Shown: in pieces, positions 28,356 through 37,559 of the stretch | Position numbering within the stretch: position 1 is the first letter of the stretch | How the letters are laid out: the number at the start of each line of letters is the position of its first letter | Virus record (IMG/VR): IMGVR_UViG_3300030433_002104 | Location: 32,001-96,000 of that record | DNA length: 64,000 nucleotides | Direction: 5' to 3' (one strand) | From: a virus | Taxonomy: Duplodnaviria; Caudoviricetes | The notes under the pieces: generated by a model | Database searches by the model: none | The model's input: only the letters and a program-made list of their open reading frames with translations | What the model was told of the DNA's origin: nothing | Translations under genes and position numbers: made by a program

Positions 28356-28723
28356 AATGTACATATGACTACTGGGGTTTTGTATTAGAAGTAAGAAACC
28401 TGACGAGCAAAGCGTTCTTTGTAAAAAGCCACATAACTAAGGCAGAGCACTTTGACTTTATGTTAAAAAATTATCAAACTTATAGGATTTGTATTGACGA
28501 CGAAGGAACACCTATGGGGTTTGTAGCGCATGTAGACAATGATATTAGAATAGCTACACATCCAAAATTTCAAAAGAGAGGCGTAGCTAAGTTTATGCTA
28601 ACAGAATTTATGGCTGAGTTTCCAGAAGCTGTCGCCAAAGTAAAACACGATAATATTGCAAGCCTTAACCTTTTTGAGTCTTGCGGTTTTCAAGTAGATT
28701 ATTATGGATTGAAAAAATGCTAA
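28343..28723 (+). CDS. GNAT N-acetyltransferase (PseH-like)
   Basis: HPKFQKRGVA acetyl-CoA motif, NIASLNLFESCGF. Confidence 0.82.
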   Translation: MGLVECTYDYWGFVLEVRNLTSKAFFVKSHITKAEHFDFMLKNYQTYRICIDDEGTPMGFVAHVDNDIRIATHPKFQKRGVAKFMLTEFMAEFPEAVAKVKHDNIASLNLFESCGFQVDYYGLKKC

Positions 28724-29358
28724 GACACCCACATGAAATTGTAAAATGGTTTGAAGAAGAAGTTGCTCACTATACAGGCGCTAAGTACGCGGTCGCAGTA
28801 GATAACTGCACTAATGCAATACGTATGTGCTGTGAGTATTTACAGGTTAAAGAAGTTACTATACCTAGCAAAACTTATTTGTCAGTGCCGCAGTCTATTA
28901 TACAGGCCGGCGGCAGAGTTAAGCTAGAAGAATTGGAATGGCAAGGCATATACCAACTTAAGCCATATCCAATTTATGACGCAGCTAAAAGGTTTACGTC
29001 AGAAATGTACATAGAAGGCACACTCATGTGTTTATCGTTTGGCATTAAAAAGAACCTTAAGCTGGGAAAGGGTGGAATGATTCTGACGGACAATATTGAT
29101 GCAGTTGAAGCCCTTAAAAAACTTAGGTGGTCAGGACGACACGAGTCTACGCCTATGCCCGAAGACGAAGTAAACGATATGGGTTACAATAGTTATATTA
29201 CGCCAGAGTGGGCGGCCAGAGGCCTCATGTTGCTGAGTGTGTACCCAGAACACCACTCAGACCAACACGAAGAAGGCGGGTATCCTGATCTAGCTAGATA
29301 TGGATTTATGAAAAAACACAGCAAAAATAACGGAATTGGTTTTAATGAAACAAGATAA
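28717..29358 (+). CDS. DegT/DnrJ/EryC1/StrS sugar aminotransferase, short form
   Basis: FEEEVAHYTGAKYAVAVDNCTNA, YDAA, SFGIKKNL.LGKGGMILTD, MGYN. Confidence 0.83.
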   Translation: MLRHPHEIVKWFEEEVAHYTGAKYAVAVDNCTNAIRMCCEYLQVKEVTIPSKTYLSVPQSIIQAGGRVKLEELEWQGIYQLKPYPIYDAAKRFTSEMYIEGTLMCLSFGIKKNLKLGKGGMILTDNIDAVEALKKLRWSGRHESTPMPEDEVNDMGYNSYITPEWAARGLMLLSVYPEHHSDQHEEGGYPDLARYGFMKKHSKNNGIGFNETR

Positions 29359-30079
29359 AAGAGTAGCTCTTTGTTTACACGGATATTTTGATTCCCAGCA
29401 GGATGGAAACTCAAAAGGTCTAGACGGGTATCAACACTTACTTAATCGTGTTTACAGCAAATGCGATCCAGATGTATTCATCCACAGCTGGCAACCAGAA
29501 CTGTCTCAACAAATAAACGACATATATAAACCAAAGGCTTTTGTATATCAGCCTCAGATAGACTTCATGCCATTTGCGAGAGAAAGAAATTTGTACTCGC
29601 TGCCTCAAGCGTGTCCGCCAATGAGACGCACGCCGGAAGTAATAATGTCACACTTCTATTCTGTACAGGAATCGTTCAAACTGTGTTACGGAACAGGAAA
29701 GGAATACGATATAATTATAAAAGCTAGATTTGACATCGGACGAATCAATAGAAATCCAGATTCAATTCCCGTGCAGTGTATCACGTTTGACCCGACATTA
29801 GATATGTCAACTGTCAAAATGGCAGACTGGAACATGTTTGATCAAGGCCCAGCAGACATGTGGTTTTATGGAGACCAGAAAGTCATGTCAAGTTTCGCAG
29901 GGATATTTCACGACTTATACAATGAGTTTTATTTAGACAGTGAATTTCACAAGTGGGTTCAAGAAAAACCGTGCTTTAATGTTAATGACTTATCAAACGC
30001 AGTTGCGTTTTACCACTGGTGGTTTAAAAAGCATAACCTGTGGGATACCAAAGATGCGTTAGAATGTGAGTTTGAATAA
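29345..30079 (+). CDS. putative glycosyltransferase-like protein
   Basis: VALCLHG, DVFIHSW, YDIIIKARFD, DMWFYG pattern common in polysaccharide loci. Confidence 0.6.
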   Translation: MKQDKRVALCLHGYFDSQQDGNSKGLDGYQHLLNRVYSKCDPDVFIHSWQPELSQQINDIYKPKAFVYQPQIDFMPFARERNLYSLPQACPPMRRTPEVIMSHFYSVQESFKLCYGTGKEYDIIIKARFDIGRINRNPDSIPVQCITFDPTLDMSTVKMADWNMFDQGPADMWFYGDQKVMSSFAGIFHDLYNEFYLDSEFHKWVQEKPCFNVNDLSNAVAFYHWWFKKHNLWDTKDALECEFE

Positions 30080-30804
30080 TGGACGTAGCAGTATATTCAC
30101 ACATAGAGTACAGTGATTGTTGGCCAGCCTTCTTTGGCGAATTCAATAAGTATTGTACGGTAGACTTTGACAACAAGTATATATTTTCTAACGAGCTAGA
30201 TGGCTCAGAAGATAACAGCTTTCAACATATTGCATATAATGATAGCGAGGCTTACACGGATAGGCTTCTGTCCTGCCTTAAGCAGTTGGGTCGAGGCAAA
30301 GTTCTGTTCACACATGAAGACATGATACTATGCGATACAGTAGATGAAAATTATCTGAAAGAAGCTGAAGCGGCTGTAGGTGACGTAGATTTCGTAAAAC
30401 TACTAAAAGGCGGTAGCCCAAAGGACACAAGGGAAGATATAAAATATAAATCAAGTAAAGTATTAAAATATTGTAGACACACATTTGATTATGTATTCGC
30501 AATACAACCAACTATATGGAAAACAGAGAGACTAATAGAACTTCTAGAGAACAATCTAGGACAGAGTATATGGGAATTTGAGACGGTAGGGCAGGAATAT
30601 TGTAGGAAAGCCAACTACAAAGGACTGTATTCATTCCACAGGGACGATGTTCAGCGTGGACATTTTCACTGGCACTCTACCGTCTACCCATATATTGCCA
30701 CAGCAATTCATAAAGGAAAGTGGGTCACTAGCGAGTACCCCGCAGAGCTAAACAATTTGTTTACTGAATACAACATAAACCCTGAAATTAGAGGAACCAC
30801 ATAA
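30079..30804 (+). CDS. putative GT-A glycosyltransferase
   Basis: YSDCW, VLFTHEDMIL, QPTIWK, SIWEFE, KGKW. Confidence 0.6.
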   Translation: MDVAVYSHIEYSDCWPAFFGEFNKYCTVDFDNKYIFSNELDGSEDNSFQHIAYNDSEAYTDRLLSCLKQLGRGKVLFTHEDMILCDTVDENYLKEAEAAVGDVDFVKLLKGGSPKDTREDIKYKSSKVLKYCRHTFDYVFAIQPTIWKTERLIELLENNLGQSIWEFETVGQEYCRKANYKGLYSFHRDDVQRGHFHWHSTVYPYIATAIHKGKWVTSEYPAELNNLFTEYNINPEIRGTT

Positions 30805-31505
30805 TGCCTAGAAGCTGGCTAAAAAATGACTACAGAAAGTCGTCAGAGTACAAAGAAAATCTCAAACACTTTTATGCTATGGGTACATCTAATCATTCAG
30901 AACATAACAAGAACCCAGATTACTGGGACATATTAATAAGCGACCTGACAAGCTCACCAAACAGCTGGAGTAGAAAAGTATTTTTGGACTTTGGCTGTGG
31001 GAAAGGCAGAAACATTGTAAACGCAAAAAACCTTTGCAATTGGGATAAACTTATTGGAGTTGACATAAGCAGTGAAAATATAGAATACTGCAAAAATAAT
31101 TTAGGTTATGCAGGTGTGGAATGGTATGAAAACGAAGGAGGTAATGTACCACTTTCGGATGAATCTGTTGACTTTGCTTTATCAACTATAGTTTTGCAGC
31201 ATATATGCCAACATGATCTAAGGGTGCAGATAAAGAAAGAGATTTACAGAGTTTTGAAGAACGGAGGAGTTTTCTCATTTCAAATGGGATTTGATGGGAA
31301 AAACACTCATAGTAAAAACCACGCATATCACGCCAATTTTGCAGCCAAAGGTTCCAATGGACAAGATGATGTTGGCGTTGAAAACGAAGAACAGCTAACA
31401 CACGACCTAGAAAAGATTGGGTTTAAAAACATAGAGCACAAAATAAAAACTTCTTATTCAGACGATCAACACAAACACTGGATTTATACGAGGTGTGAAA
31501 AATGA
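30804..31505 (+). CDS. class I SAM-dependent methyltransferase
   Basis: FLDFGCGKGR, GVDIS, VLQHI, RVLKNGG. Confidence 0.88.
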   Translation: MPRSWLKNDYRKSSEYKENLKHFYAMGTSNHSEHNKNPDYWDILISDLTSSPNSWSRKVFLDFGCGKGRNIVNAKNLCNWDKLIGVDISSENIEYCKNNLGYAGVEWYENEGGNVPLSDESVDFALSTIVLQHICQHDLRVQIKKEIYRVLKNGGVFSFQMGFDGKNTHSKNHAYHANFAAKGSNGQDDVGVENEEQLTHDLEKIGFKNIEHKIKTSYSDDQHKHWIYTRCEK

Positions 31506-32878
31506 TTAAACTTGTAGTATTTGATCTAGATGGTGTTTTAGTAGATGCAAGGGACTTGCACTATGACGCTATGAATTTAGCACTTGCTGATATAGCGCCC
31601 GAATGTGTTATCAGCAGAGAAGAGCACCTATCTACCTACGACGGGCTACCAACCAAGAAAAAGCTGGGACTATTAACAGAACACAAAGGTTTGTCGCAGG
31701 ACTTGTATAACGACATCTGGAAAGCGAAGCAAGCTAAAACAGTGCAGCTTATCAACAGTATGACCACTGACCATAGAATGGCACACACGTTGTCAGAACT
31801 GAAAAAGTCAGGATACAAAGTTTATGTCGGCTCTAACTCAGTTAAGCACACTATTAAAATGATGTTGCTACGTAGAGGGTTGATTGAATTTGTTGATGAA
31901 ATATTTTCCAACCAAGACGTTAATCATCCAAAGCCGCATCCAGAGATATATTTAAGGTGCATGGTTCATGCTGGAGTATCTCCAAACGAAACAATTATTA
32001 TTGAAGACTCACATGTTGGCAGAAAAGCCGCTATGGACTCTGGTGGCAATCTGTTTGCAGTAAAGAATCCAGACGATGTTATATTGGAAGATATAGTAGA
32101 AGAGATCAAAAAAATTGACAAAACACAAAAAGAAGTAAAGCCAAAATGGCAGGGTGGAAAAATGAATGTATTAATACCGATGGCTGGAGCTGGATCACGC
32201 TTTCAAAAGGCTGGATACACTTTCCCAAAACCGCTAATCGAAGTCAATGGCAAGCCCATGATTCAGGTGGTAGTAGAAAATATAAACGTAGACGCAAAGC
32301 ATATATTTGTAGTGCAGAAATCACACTATGAAAAGTACAACCTAAAAACCGTTTTAAATAACATTACTCCTGACTGTGAGATTGTTCAGGTAGACGGTGT
32401 TACTGAGGGAGCCGCTTGCACCACGTTGTTAGCAAAAGAGTTTATTAACAATGACCAGCCTCTACTAATGGCAAACTCAGACCAGTTTGTAGAATGGGAT
32501 TCAAATGAGTTCATGTACTCAATGGTGGGAGATAACATAGATGGTGGCATGTTAACCTTTAGGTCAAACCATCCAAAGTGGAGTTACGCAAAGTTGAACG
32601 ATGACGGCTTTGTGACAGAAGTCCAAGAAAAGAATCCAATCAGTGACATTGCAACCGTTGGAATCTATTACTGGGCTAAGGGGTCTGACTATGTTAGGTA
32701 TGCAGAGCAGATGATAGACAACGACATTCGTGTTAATAATGAATTTTATGTATGTCCGGTTTTTAATGAAGCCATCGCTGATAATAAAAAATTAAAGATA
32801 TTTGACATCGAAAAAATGTGGGGCTTGGGAACTCCAGAGGACTTAAACTATTTTTTGGAGAACAAGAACGATGCATAA
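31502..32878 (+). CDS. HAD phosphatase fused to a sugar nucleotidyltransferase
   Basis: FDLDGVLVD, KPHPEIY, IEDS; then IPMAGAGSRF...PKPLI, ANSDQ, VNNEFYVCP, GLGTPEDL. Confidence 0.88.
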   Translation: MIKLVVFDLDGVLVDARDLHYDAMNLALADIAPECVISREEHLSTYDGLPTKKKLGLLTEHKGLSQDLYNDIWKAKQAKTVQLINSMTTDHRMAHTLSELKKSGYKVYVGSNSVKHTIKMMLLRRGLIEFVDEIFSNQDVNHPKPHPEIYLRCMVHAGVSPNETIIIEDSHVGRKAAMDSGGNLFAVKNPDDVILEDIVEEIKKIDKTQKEVKPKWQGGKMNVLIPMAGAGSRFQKAGYTFPKPLIEVNGKPMIQVVVENINVDAKHIFVVQKSHYEKYNLKTVLNNITPDCEIVQVDGVTEGAACTTLLAKEFINNDQPLLMANSDQFVEWDSNEFMYSMVGDNIDGGMLTFRSNHPKWSYAKLNDDGFVTEVQEKNPISDIATVGIYYWAKGSDYVRYAEQMIDNDIRVNNEFYVCPVFNEAIADNKKLKIFDIEKMWGLGTPEDLNYFLENKNDA

Positions 32879-33638
32879 GTTTAAGTTATACATAGTAACA
32901 TACAATCATGAAGAGGCTCTGGACAGATGTTTAAAGTCCATTAGTAATAGTGATATACATTTATATAGTAACGAAATTAATATTATAAACAATTATGGAA
33001 GATTGAAAATTCCAAACACTTATGGCCTAGAGGTCAACATATTAGATAATGTTCTTAGGCCAGACCACTCCACCGGACATCTTGGCAGGAACTGGAACCA
33101 AGCAATCATAAATGGTTTTGGAGATTTGAGAAATCCACAATGTGAGTTTGTAGTATGCCTTCAGGTAGACACAGAAGTGCTGCCGGAATGTTTCTCTAGG
33201 TTAGAAAGGTATCATTCAGAAGGCTACGAATATATACAAGAAGGAAGGGGAGACCAGTTTATGAGTTGGTCGCCAAAAGGAGTGGTTGAGATTGGGCTTT
33301 TTGACGAAAGAATATGTGGAATAGGATTTCAAGAAGGAGAATATTTTAGTAGGGCTAAGAAGTTTCTTAGTGCTGGTACGTCGTTAAATGATAGAGGGCA
33401 CAACATGTTTCACAATGCTATACCCGAAAAACTGGTCGCAGACTATGGTGACAGCATATGTGTTGGCTTGTTTCACCCTTTATATCAGGCTTTACAGCAG
33501 AACTCAATAAACGGCGGAAGTAGGTATTTTATGTACCCATTTTTTGAAAAGGACTTAAGTGAAAATCTAATGAGAGACTTGGGGTATGTGGGCTGGCAAG
33601 AGCTGACCAAACATAGAGACAAAACTTTTTTAAAATAG
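32871..33638 (+). CDS. putative GT-A glycosyltransferase
   Basis: IVTYNH, RNWNQAI, CLQVD, IGLFDER...GFQE. Confidence 0.65.
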   Translation: MHKFKLYIVTYNHEEALDRCLKSISNSDIHLYSNEINIINNYGRLKIPNTYGLEVNILDNVLRPDHSTGHLGRNWNQAIINGFGDLRNPQCEFVVCLQVDTEVLPECFSRLERYHSEGYEYIQEGRGDQFMSWSPKGVVEIGLFDERICGIGFQEGEYFSRAKKFLSAGTSLNDRGHNMFHNAIPEKLVADYGDSICVGLFHPLYQALQQNSINGGSRYFMYPFFEKDLSENLMRDLGYVGWQELTKHRDKTFLK

Positions 33639-33663
33639 CATACACATAAATGGAGAGTCATAA

Positions 33664-33981
33664 ATGACTAAAAACCTAAAGGACATGATTGGCGGATGGT
33701 TTATCGGAGACTTTGAACCAACCGCATGGAGGACGGCGGGACTTGAAGTGGCCGTTAAAGAGTACAAGGCTGGAGACAAAGAGCCAAAACATTTACATAA
33801 AATAGCAATAGAGTTTACGGTAATAGTAAGAGGCAAAGTTGTAATGAACGGCGTTGAGTACGGGGAAGGAGACATTATTCGTATTGACGCAGGAAAAGCT
33901 ACAGACTTTGAAGCCTTAGAAGATACAATCACAGTAGTAGTCAAAAAACCATCCGTAAAAGGAGATAAATATCTAGTATGA
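33664..33981 (+). CDS. cupin-fold protein
   Basis: GGWFIGDFEP, HLHKIAIEFTVIVRG, PSVKGDKY. Confidence 0.78.
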   Translation: MTKNLKDMIGGWFIGDFEPTAWRTAGLEVAVKEYKAGDKEPKHLHKIAIEFTVIVRGKVVMNGVEYGEGDIIRIDAGKATDFEALEDTITVVVKKPSVKGDKYLV

Positions 33982-34409
33982 AAATTATATCACATAGAGG
34001 AAATTTAGACGGGCCACAGGAACAGGACAATGTTATAAGTGAGCTCGAAAGAGTCTCTAAAGACATGCTTGTCGAAGTTGACGTGTGGCACATGGAGCAT
34101 GGTTGGTATCTTGGTCACGACGGGCCAGAAAGAGCCATCTCATTTGATTTTATTACAAACCCAAACTTTATTTTACACGCCAAGAATTTAGACGCTTTGT
34201 ATAAACTGACAGGCACAAACCTACATTATTTTTGGCATCAAGAAGACGATTTTACACTAACATCTAAACAAATTATATGGACTTATCCTAAAAAAGAAGT
34301 CACCAATCGCTCTATCATTGTCTGCCAGACATTGGAAGAAGTAGAGGAATATAAGACTAAAGACATTTGGGGTATTTGCACAGACTATGTAAAGGACGCA
34401 CAGCGATGA
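33978..34409 (+). CDS. glycerophosphodiester phosphodiesterase-like protein (short)
   Basis: IISHRGN, VEVDVW, LGHD, HAKN, GICTDY. Confidence 0.75.
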   Translation: MKIISHRGNLDGPQEQDNVISELERVSKDMLVEVDVWHMEHGWYLGHDGPERAISFDFITNPNFILHAKNLDALYKLTGTNLHYFWHQEDDFTLTSKQIIWTYPKKEVTNRSIIVCQTLEEVEEYKTKDIWGICTDYVKDAQR

Positions 34410-34852
34410 ATATAGGCATTTATTTTAATAATACATCAGAATCAGAACCGTTATACAAAGCGCTACAGAGCGTAAATGAGGGCCTCTCAGAGGGTACTCT
34501 TAGGGACGCAAGTATATTTTATGACGACTCTGGCCCAAATAGCATACCGTCAAAATGTGGTTTCTTTGACGCTGTAGAACTATGGCATTTTACAGGGGAT
34601 TTAATAACCACTTCTTTAAGTACTACCAACAAGGTTCGCAATATTGTGAATAAGTTTGATACTGTATTTTACTACGGATGGTATGACGAAAGAGATCCAC
34701 TAGAATTAATCAAAGTAGCTAACGACAAAAACGTTAAAGTTGTGTGCAATAGCCAGACTAGTAAAAACCAATTTACTAGACTTACTGGTCAAGAGCCAGA
34801 CGCTGTAGTACAAGACTTTGACCTAGAAAAAATCATAGAGGTGAAAAAATGA
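34406..34852 (+). CDS. hypothetical protein (possible GT-B half domain)
   Basis: ATGA overlap with both neighbours; alpha/beta character only. Confidence 0.5.
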   Translation: MNIGIYFNNTSESEPLYKALQSVNEGLSEGTLRDASIFYDDSGPNSIPSKCGFFDAVELWHFTGDLITTSLSTTNKVRNIVNKFDTVFYYGWYDERDPLELIKVANDKNVKVVCNSQTSKNQFTRLTGQEPDAVVQDFDLEKIIEVKK

Positions 34853-35616
34853 ACGAGACAAAAATTGTCGAACTGTATGAGTCTGGAGAATATAGTACTT
34901 ATCAAATAGCTGAGAAGTACAAGACCTATCCAAATAAAATTAGACGTATACTTGTCAAGCACGGCGTACAGATGAAGTCTAAAAGTCAGGCGCAGAAGTC
35001 TGCCCTTGCCAACGGGAGGGCCAAACACCCAACTAAAGGAACTGTTAGAAGCAAGGAAGACCGCCTTAAGATTAGTGCTACAGTGAAAAAATACTGGAGC
35101 AACATGAGTAAAGAGGAGTACGAGCACAGATGTAAAGAAGCACAGACTCGCTGGTATAGTATGCCAGAAGAGCAACGTGCAGAAATTACCGCACTTGCTA
35201 TAGAAGCTGTTAGGAAAGCCGGCAAGGAAGGTTCAAAGATGGAAAAGTTCCTTCTAGAAGAGCTTACTAATCTAGGGTATAGAGTAGAATTTCACAAAAA
35301 AGATCTAATTCCCAATGAAAAATTAGAAATAGATTTGTATATTCCTGCTCTTAAGACTATAATAGAGATAGACGGGCCTTCTCACTTTCTGCCCATTTGG
35401 GGTGAAGAGAAACTCCAGAAGCAAATCAAGGCAGACGACCAGAAGACAGGTCTAGTATTGAGTAAAGGATTCGTGGTTCTTCGTATTAAAAATATGCTTG
35501 ACCACGTTACACTTGCAGCAAAGAATAAAATGATTACTAGTGTCGTTGCCAAGTTAAACGATATTAATAATAAATTCCCAAGGAAGTCAAAGAGGTTTAT
35601 TGAGATAGAATTATGA
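34849..35616 (+). CDS. HTH plus Vsr/DUF559-type endonuclease, homing-endonuclease-like
   Basis: STYQIAEKY HTH, basic NUMOD-like middle (SKEDRLKISA), SKMEK...EIDLYIP...IEIDGPSHF. Confidence 0.72.
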   Translation: MNETKIVELYESGEYSTYQIAEKYKTYPNKIRRILVKHGVQMKSKSQAQKSALANGRAKHPTKGTVRSKEDRLKISATVKKYWSNMSKEEYEHRCKEAQTRWYSMPEEQRAEITALAIEAVRKAGKEGSKMEKFLLEELTNLGYRVEFHKKDLIPNEKLEIDLYIPALKTIIEIDGPSHFLPIWGEEKLQKQIKADDQKTGLVLSKGFVVLRIKNMLDHVTLAAKNKMITSVVAKLNDINNKFPRKSKRFIEIEL

Positions 35617-36383
35617 CAAAGGAACAAGAAATGCAAGATATGTTATTTGAAACTGTAGAGTTGGAAACACCATCTAATACGGATACTTCTGTTACTGATG
35701 TTATTGCGTCAGATGCTCCAGCAATGACCGATCCTGAATGGAACGATTATGTGATGGGCATGTTTACAGACAAAGAGATGTATAATGGCAACCCTCTAGT
35801 AAACGGATTACGACGTGTGGCCGAAGTTGTTTTAGGGCCAATCGTTTATAGTGGGCCAACTCAGGTTTTCCCACCTCAGCGAGACGACCATCATGGACGT
35901 GCAACTGTGGTGTTTACTGTTGAGTTCCAAAATGGAATGAGATTTTCTGAAGTGGCAGATTGTTGGGAGGGCAACACGGACGATATGTTCTGTGCTTATG
36001 CAATCGCAACAGCCAGCACTCGCGCTGAAGGTAGAGCACTACGTAAAGCGTTGCGAATTAAAGCTGTAGCCGCAGAAGAGATGACTAAGAAAGATACAGC
36101 AAAGATTGTGCGTGAGCTCTCTGCTAAGAAAGAAAGCTCAGACGGTGGATATGACGACTCAAGCCGTATGTCTGATGCACAATCCAACTTTATTGATGTA
36201 AAGTGTCGTCAACTAAATGTTAACGGTACTACCCTACTTGCTAGTGTGTTCAATGTCAGCAGCAGTCGCAAAATATCTAAAAAGGTTGCTAGCGACATTA
36301 TTGATAGACTCAATACATACCAGCAAGATAAGAGTAGTATCCCTGAAGAAGTAATTGGCTATATAGAGGAGTGGCGTGAATAA
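35613..36383 (+). CDS. Rad52/Sak-like single-strand annealing protein
   Basis: GLRRVAE, ATVVFTV, ATASTRAEGRALRKAL, C-terminal SDAQ...ASDIIDRL helical module. Confidence 0.62.
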   Translation: MTKEQEMQDMLFETVELETPSNTDTSVTDVIASDAPAMTDPEWNDYVMGMFTDKEMYNGNPLVNGLRRVAEVVLGPIVYSGPTQVFPPQRDDHHGRATVVFTVEFQNGMRFSEVADCWEGNTDDMFCAYAIATASTRAEGRALRKALRIKAVAAEEMTKKDTAKIVRELSAKKESSDGGYDDSSRMSDAQSNFIDVKCRQLNVNGTTLLASVFNVSSSRKISKKVASDIIDRLNTYQQDKSSIPEEVIGYIEEWRE

Positions 36384-36718
36384 TGAAAATTACATACACC
36401 ACAAACAACAAGCGCATTAGCGCTGAAATTGAAGGTGACTCTCACAGAGACATCTTTGAACAAATCAGTAAGTTCCAAGAAGTATTTGAACAGAACGTCT
36501 GTGGCAAATGTGGATCGGACAATATTAAATTTGTAGTACGAACTGTCGATGACAATCAGTATTACGAACTACGATGTGCTGACTGTGGAGCGAGACTCTC
36601 GTTCGGAGCAAACAAGAAAGGTGGTGGTCTATTTCCAAAGCGTAAGGATAGCGATGGTAATTGGCTCCCTGATTCTGGGTGGGTCAAATGGAACCCCAAA
36701 ACTGAGAAGAACGAATAG
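36383..36718 (+). CDS. hypothetical zinc-ribbon protein
   Basis: CGKC...CADC; TAATG overlap with the upstream gene. Confidence 0.65.
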   Translation: MKITYTTNNKRISAEIEGDSHRDIFEQISKFQEVFEQNVCGKCGSDNIKFVVRTVDDNQYYELRCADCGARLSFGANKKGGGLFPKRKDSDGNWLPDSGWVKWNPKTEKNE

Positions 36719-36726
36719 TTTCAAAA

Positions 36727-36746
36727 GGAGCGCCGCAAGGCGCTTC
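36727..36746. terminator. GC-rich hairpin with GCAA tetraloop
   Basis: GGAGCGCC-GCAA-GGCGCTTC preceded by AAAA (U-tract on the - strand). Confidence 0.6.
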
Positions 36747-36763
36747 TACTCCACAAAATAAAG

Positions 36764-36794
36764 AAAGCCCCAATCCGCGAGGAAAGGGGCTTTT
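36764..36794. terminator. probable bidirectional intrinsic terminator
   Basis: AAAGCCCC-AA-TCC-GCGA-GGA-AA-GGGGCTTTT between convergent gene blocks, with A and T tracts on either side. Confidence 0.78.
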
Positions 36795-36815
36795 AATCTT
36801 TAATCAGGTTTTTAA

Positions 36816-37538
36816 TTATAGGTACTCTACAGTAAAGTAAAGTCCAAAATTAGTCTTGCTCCCTATGGAGTGAGGGGAAGCACTGATAGCAACATACCAA
36901 TCATGTCGTGTGCTCTCGTGAGCACTACCAGCTGTGGTGGTATAACCTTTAGCAGTGTCAGTATCGGTGCTATTAGTATTCAACCCACTCATTCCGGGAG
37001 ATGATGTGAATGTCATATCAGCAGGTGTGGCACTGTCTTCAGAATCAAACTCAACCCAAGTATTGTCAGCTCTACCTCTAAAATTGAGATTGCTAACACT
37101 TTGGAGTGCTGAAGGATGTCTAACCTCATATACCATAGTAGAAACCTCACTAGCATGGGTGTTAATGTCGTTTCTATCAAAGATTCTCAACTTACAGTTC
37201 TGCACTTTTACAGCTGTAGTATGAGTAAATCTAACGTTTAATGGAGCAAGATAGTTTGGCAAGTTTGCCAAGTCTGCTATAGAAGCTCCATCAGCCAAGA
37301 CTCCAGAAGTACCTTTATCGTACTTATTGTTGTGCAACTGAATATAATCAGTGGCTGTACCATCAGAGTTCGTGGTAAAAGTAGTATCTTGGAAAGTGTC
37401 TACAGGTACAGAAATACCGTATCCACCCCCATAAAAACCAAGGCCAGAACCAGCCGTGTGGTTTATTTTTACATATCCAGCGTCACCACTAGTGCTCGTA
37501 GCGGTAACGTTATTCGCATAAAAGTTAATTTCAGCCAT
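36816..37538 (-). CDS. putative virion structural protein (240 aa, beta-rich)
   Basis: Thr/Ser/Gly-rich; AGGAG SD; own upstream promoter-like element; last gene of the structural block. Confidence 0.6.
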   Translation of the reverse strand: MAEINFYANNVTATSTSGDAGYVKINHTAGSGLGFYGGGYGISVPVDTFQDTTFTTNSDGTATDYIQLHNNKYDKGTSGVLADGASIADLANLPNYLAPLNVRFTHTTAVKVQNCKLRIFDRNDINTHASEVSTMVYEVRHPSALQSVSNLNFRGRADNTWVEFDSEDSATPADMTFTSSPGMSGLNTNSTDTDTAKGYTTTAGSAHESTRHDWYVAISASPHSIGSKTNFGLYFTVEYL

Positions 37539-37559
37539 TTTTTTACTCCTGATTAAAGA

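Noticed and set aside
17507-34852. Bacterial O-antigen/capsule locus, i.e. a host chromosome or chimeric contig
   Set aside because: Genes overlap phage-type ssb and endonuclease genes at both ends, no transport or polymerase genes are present, and the window has no housekeeping genes but does have a dNMP kinase and a tape measure gene.
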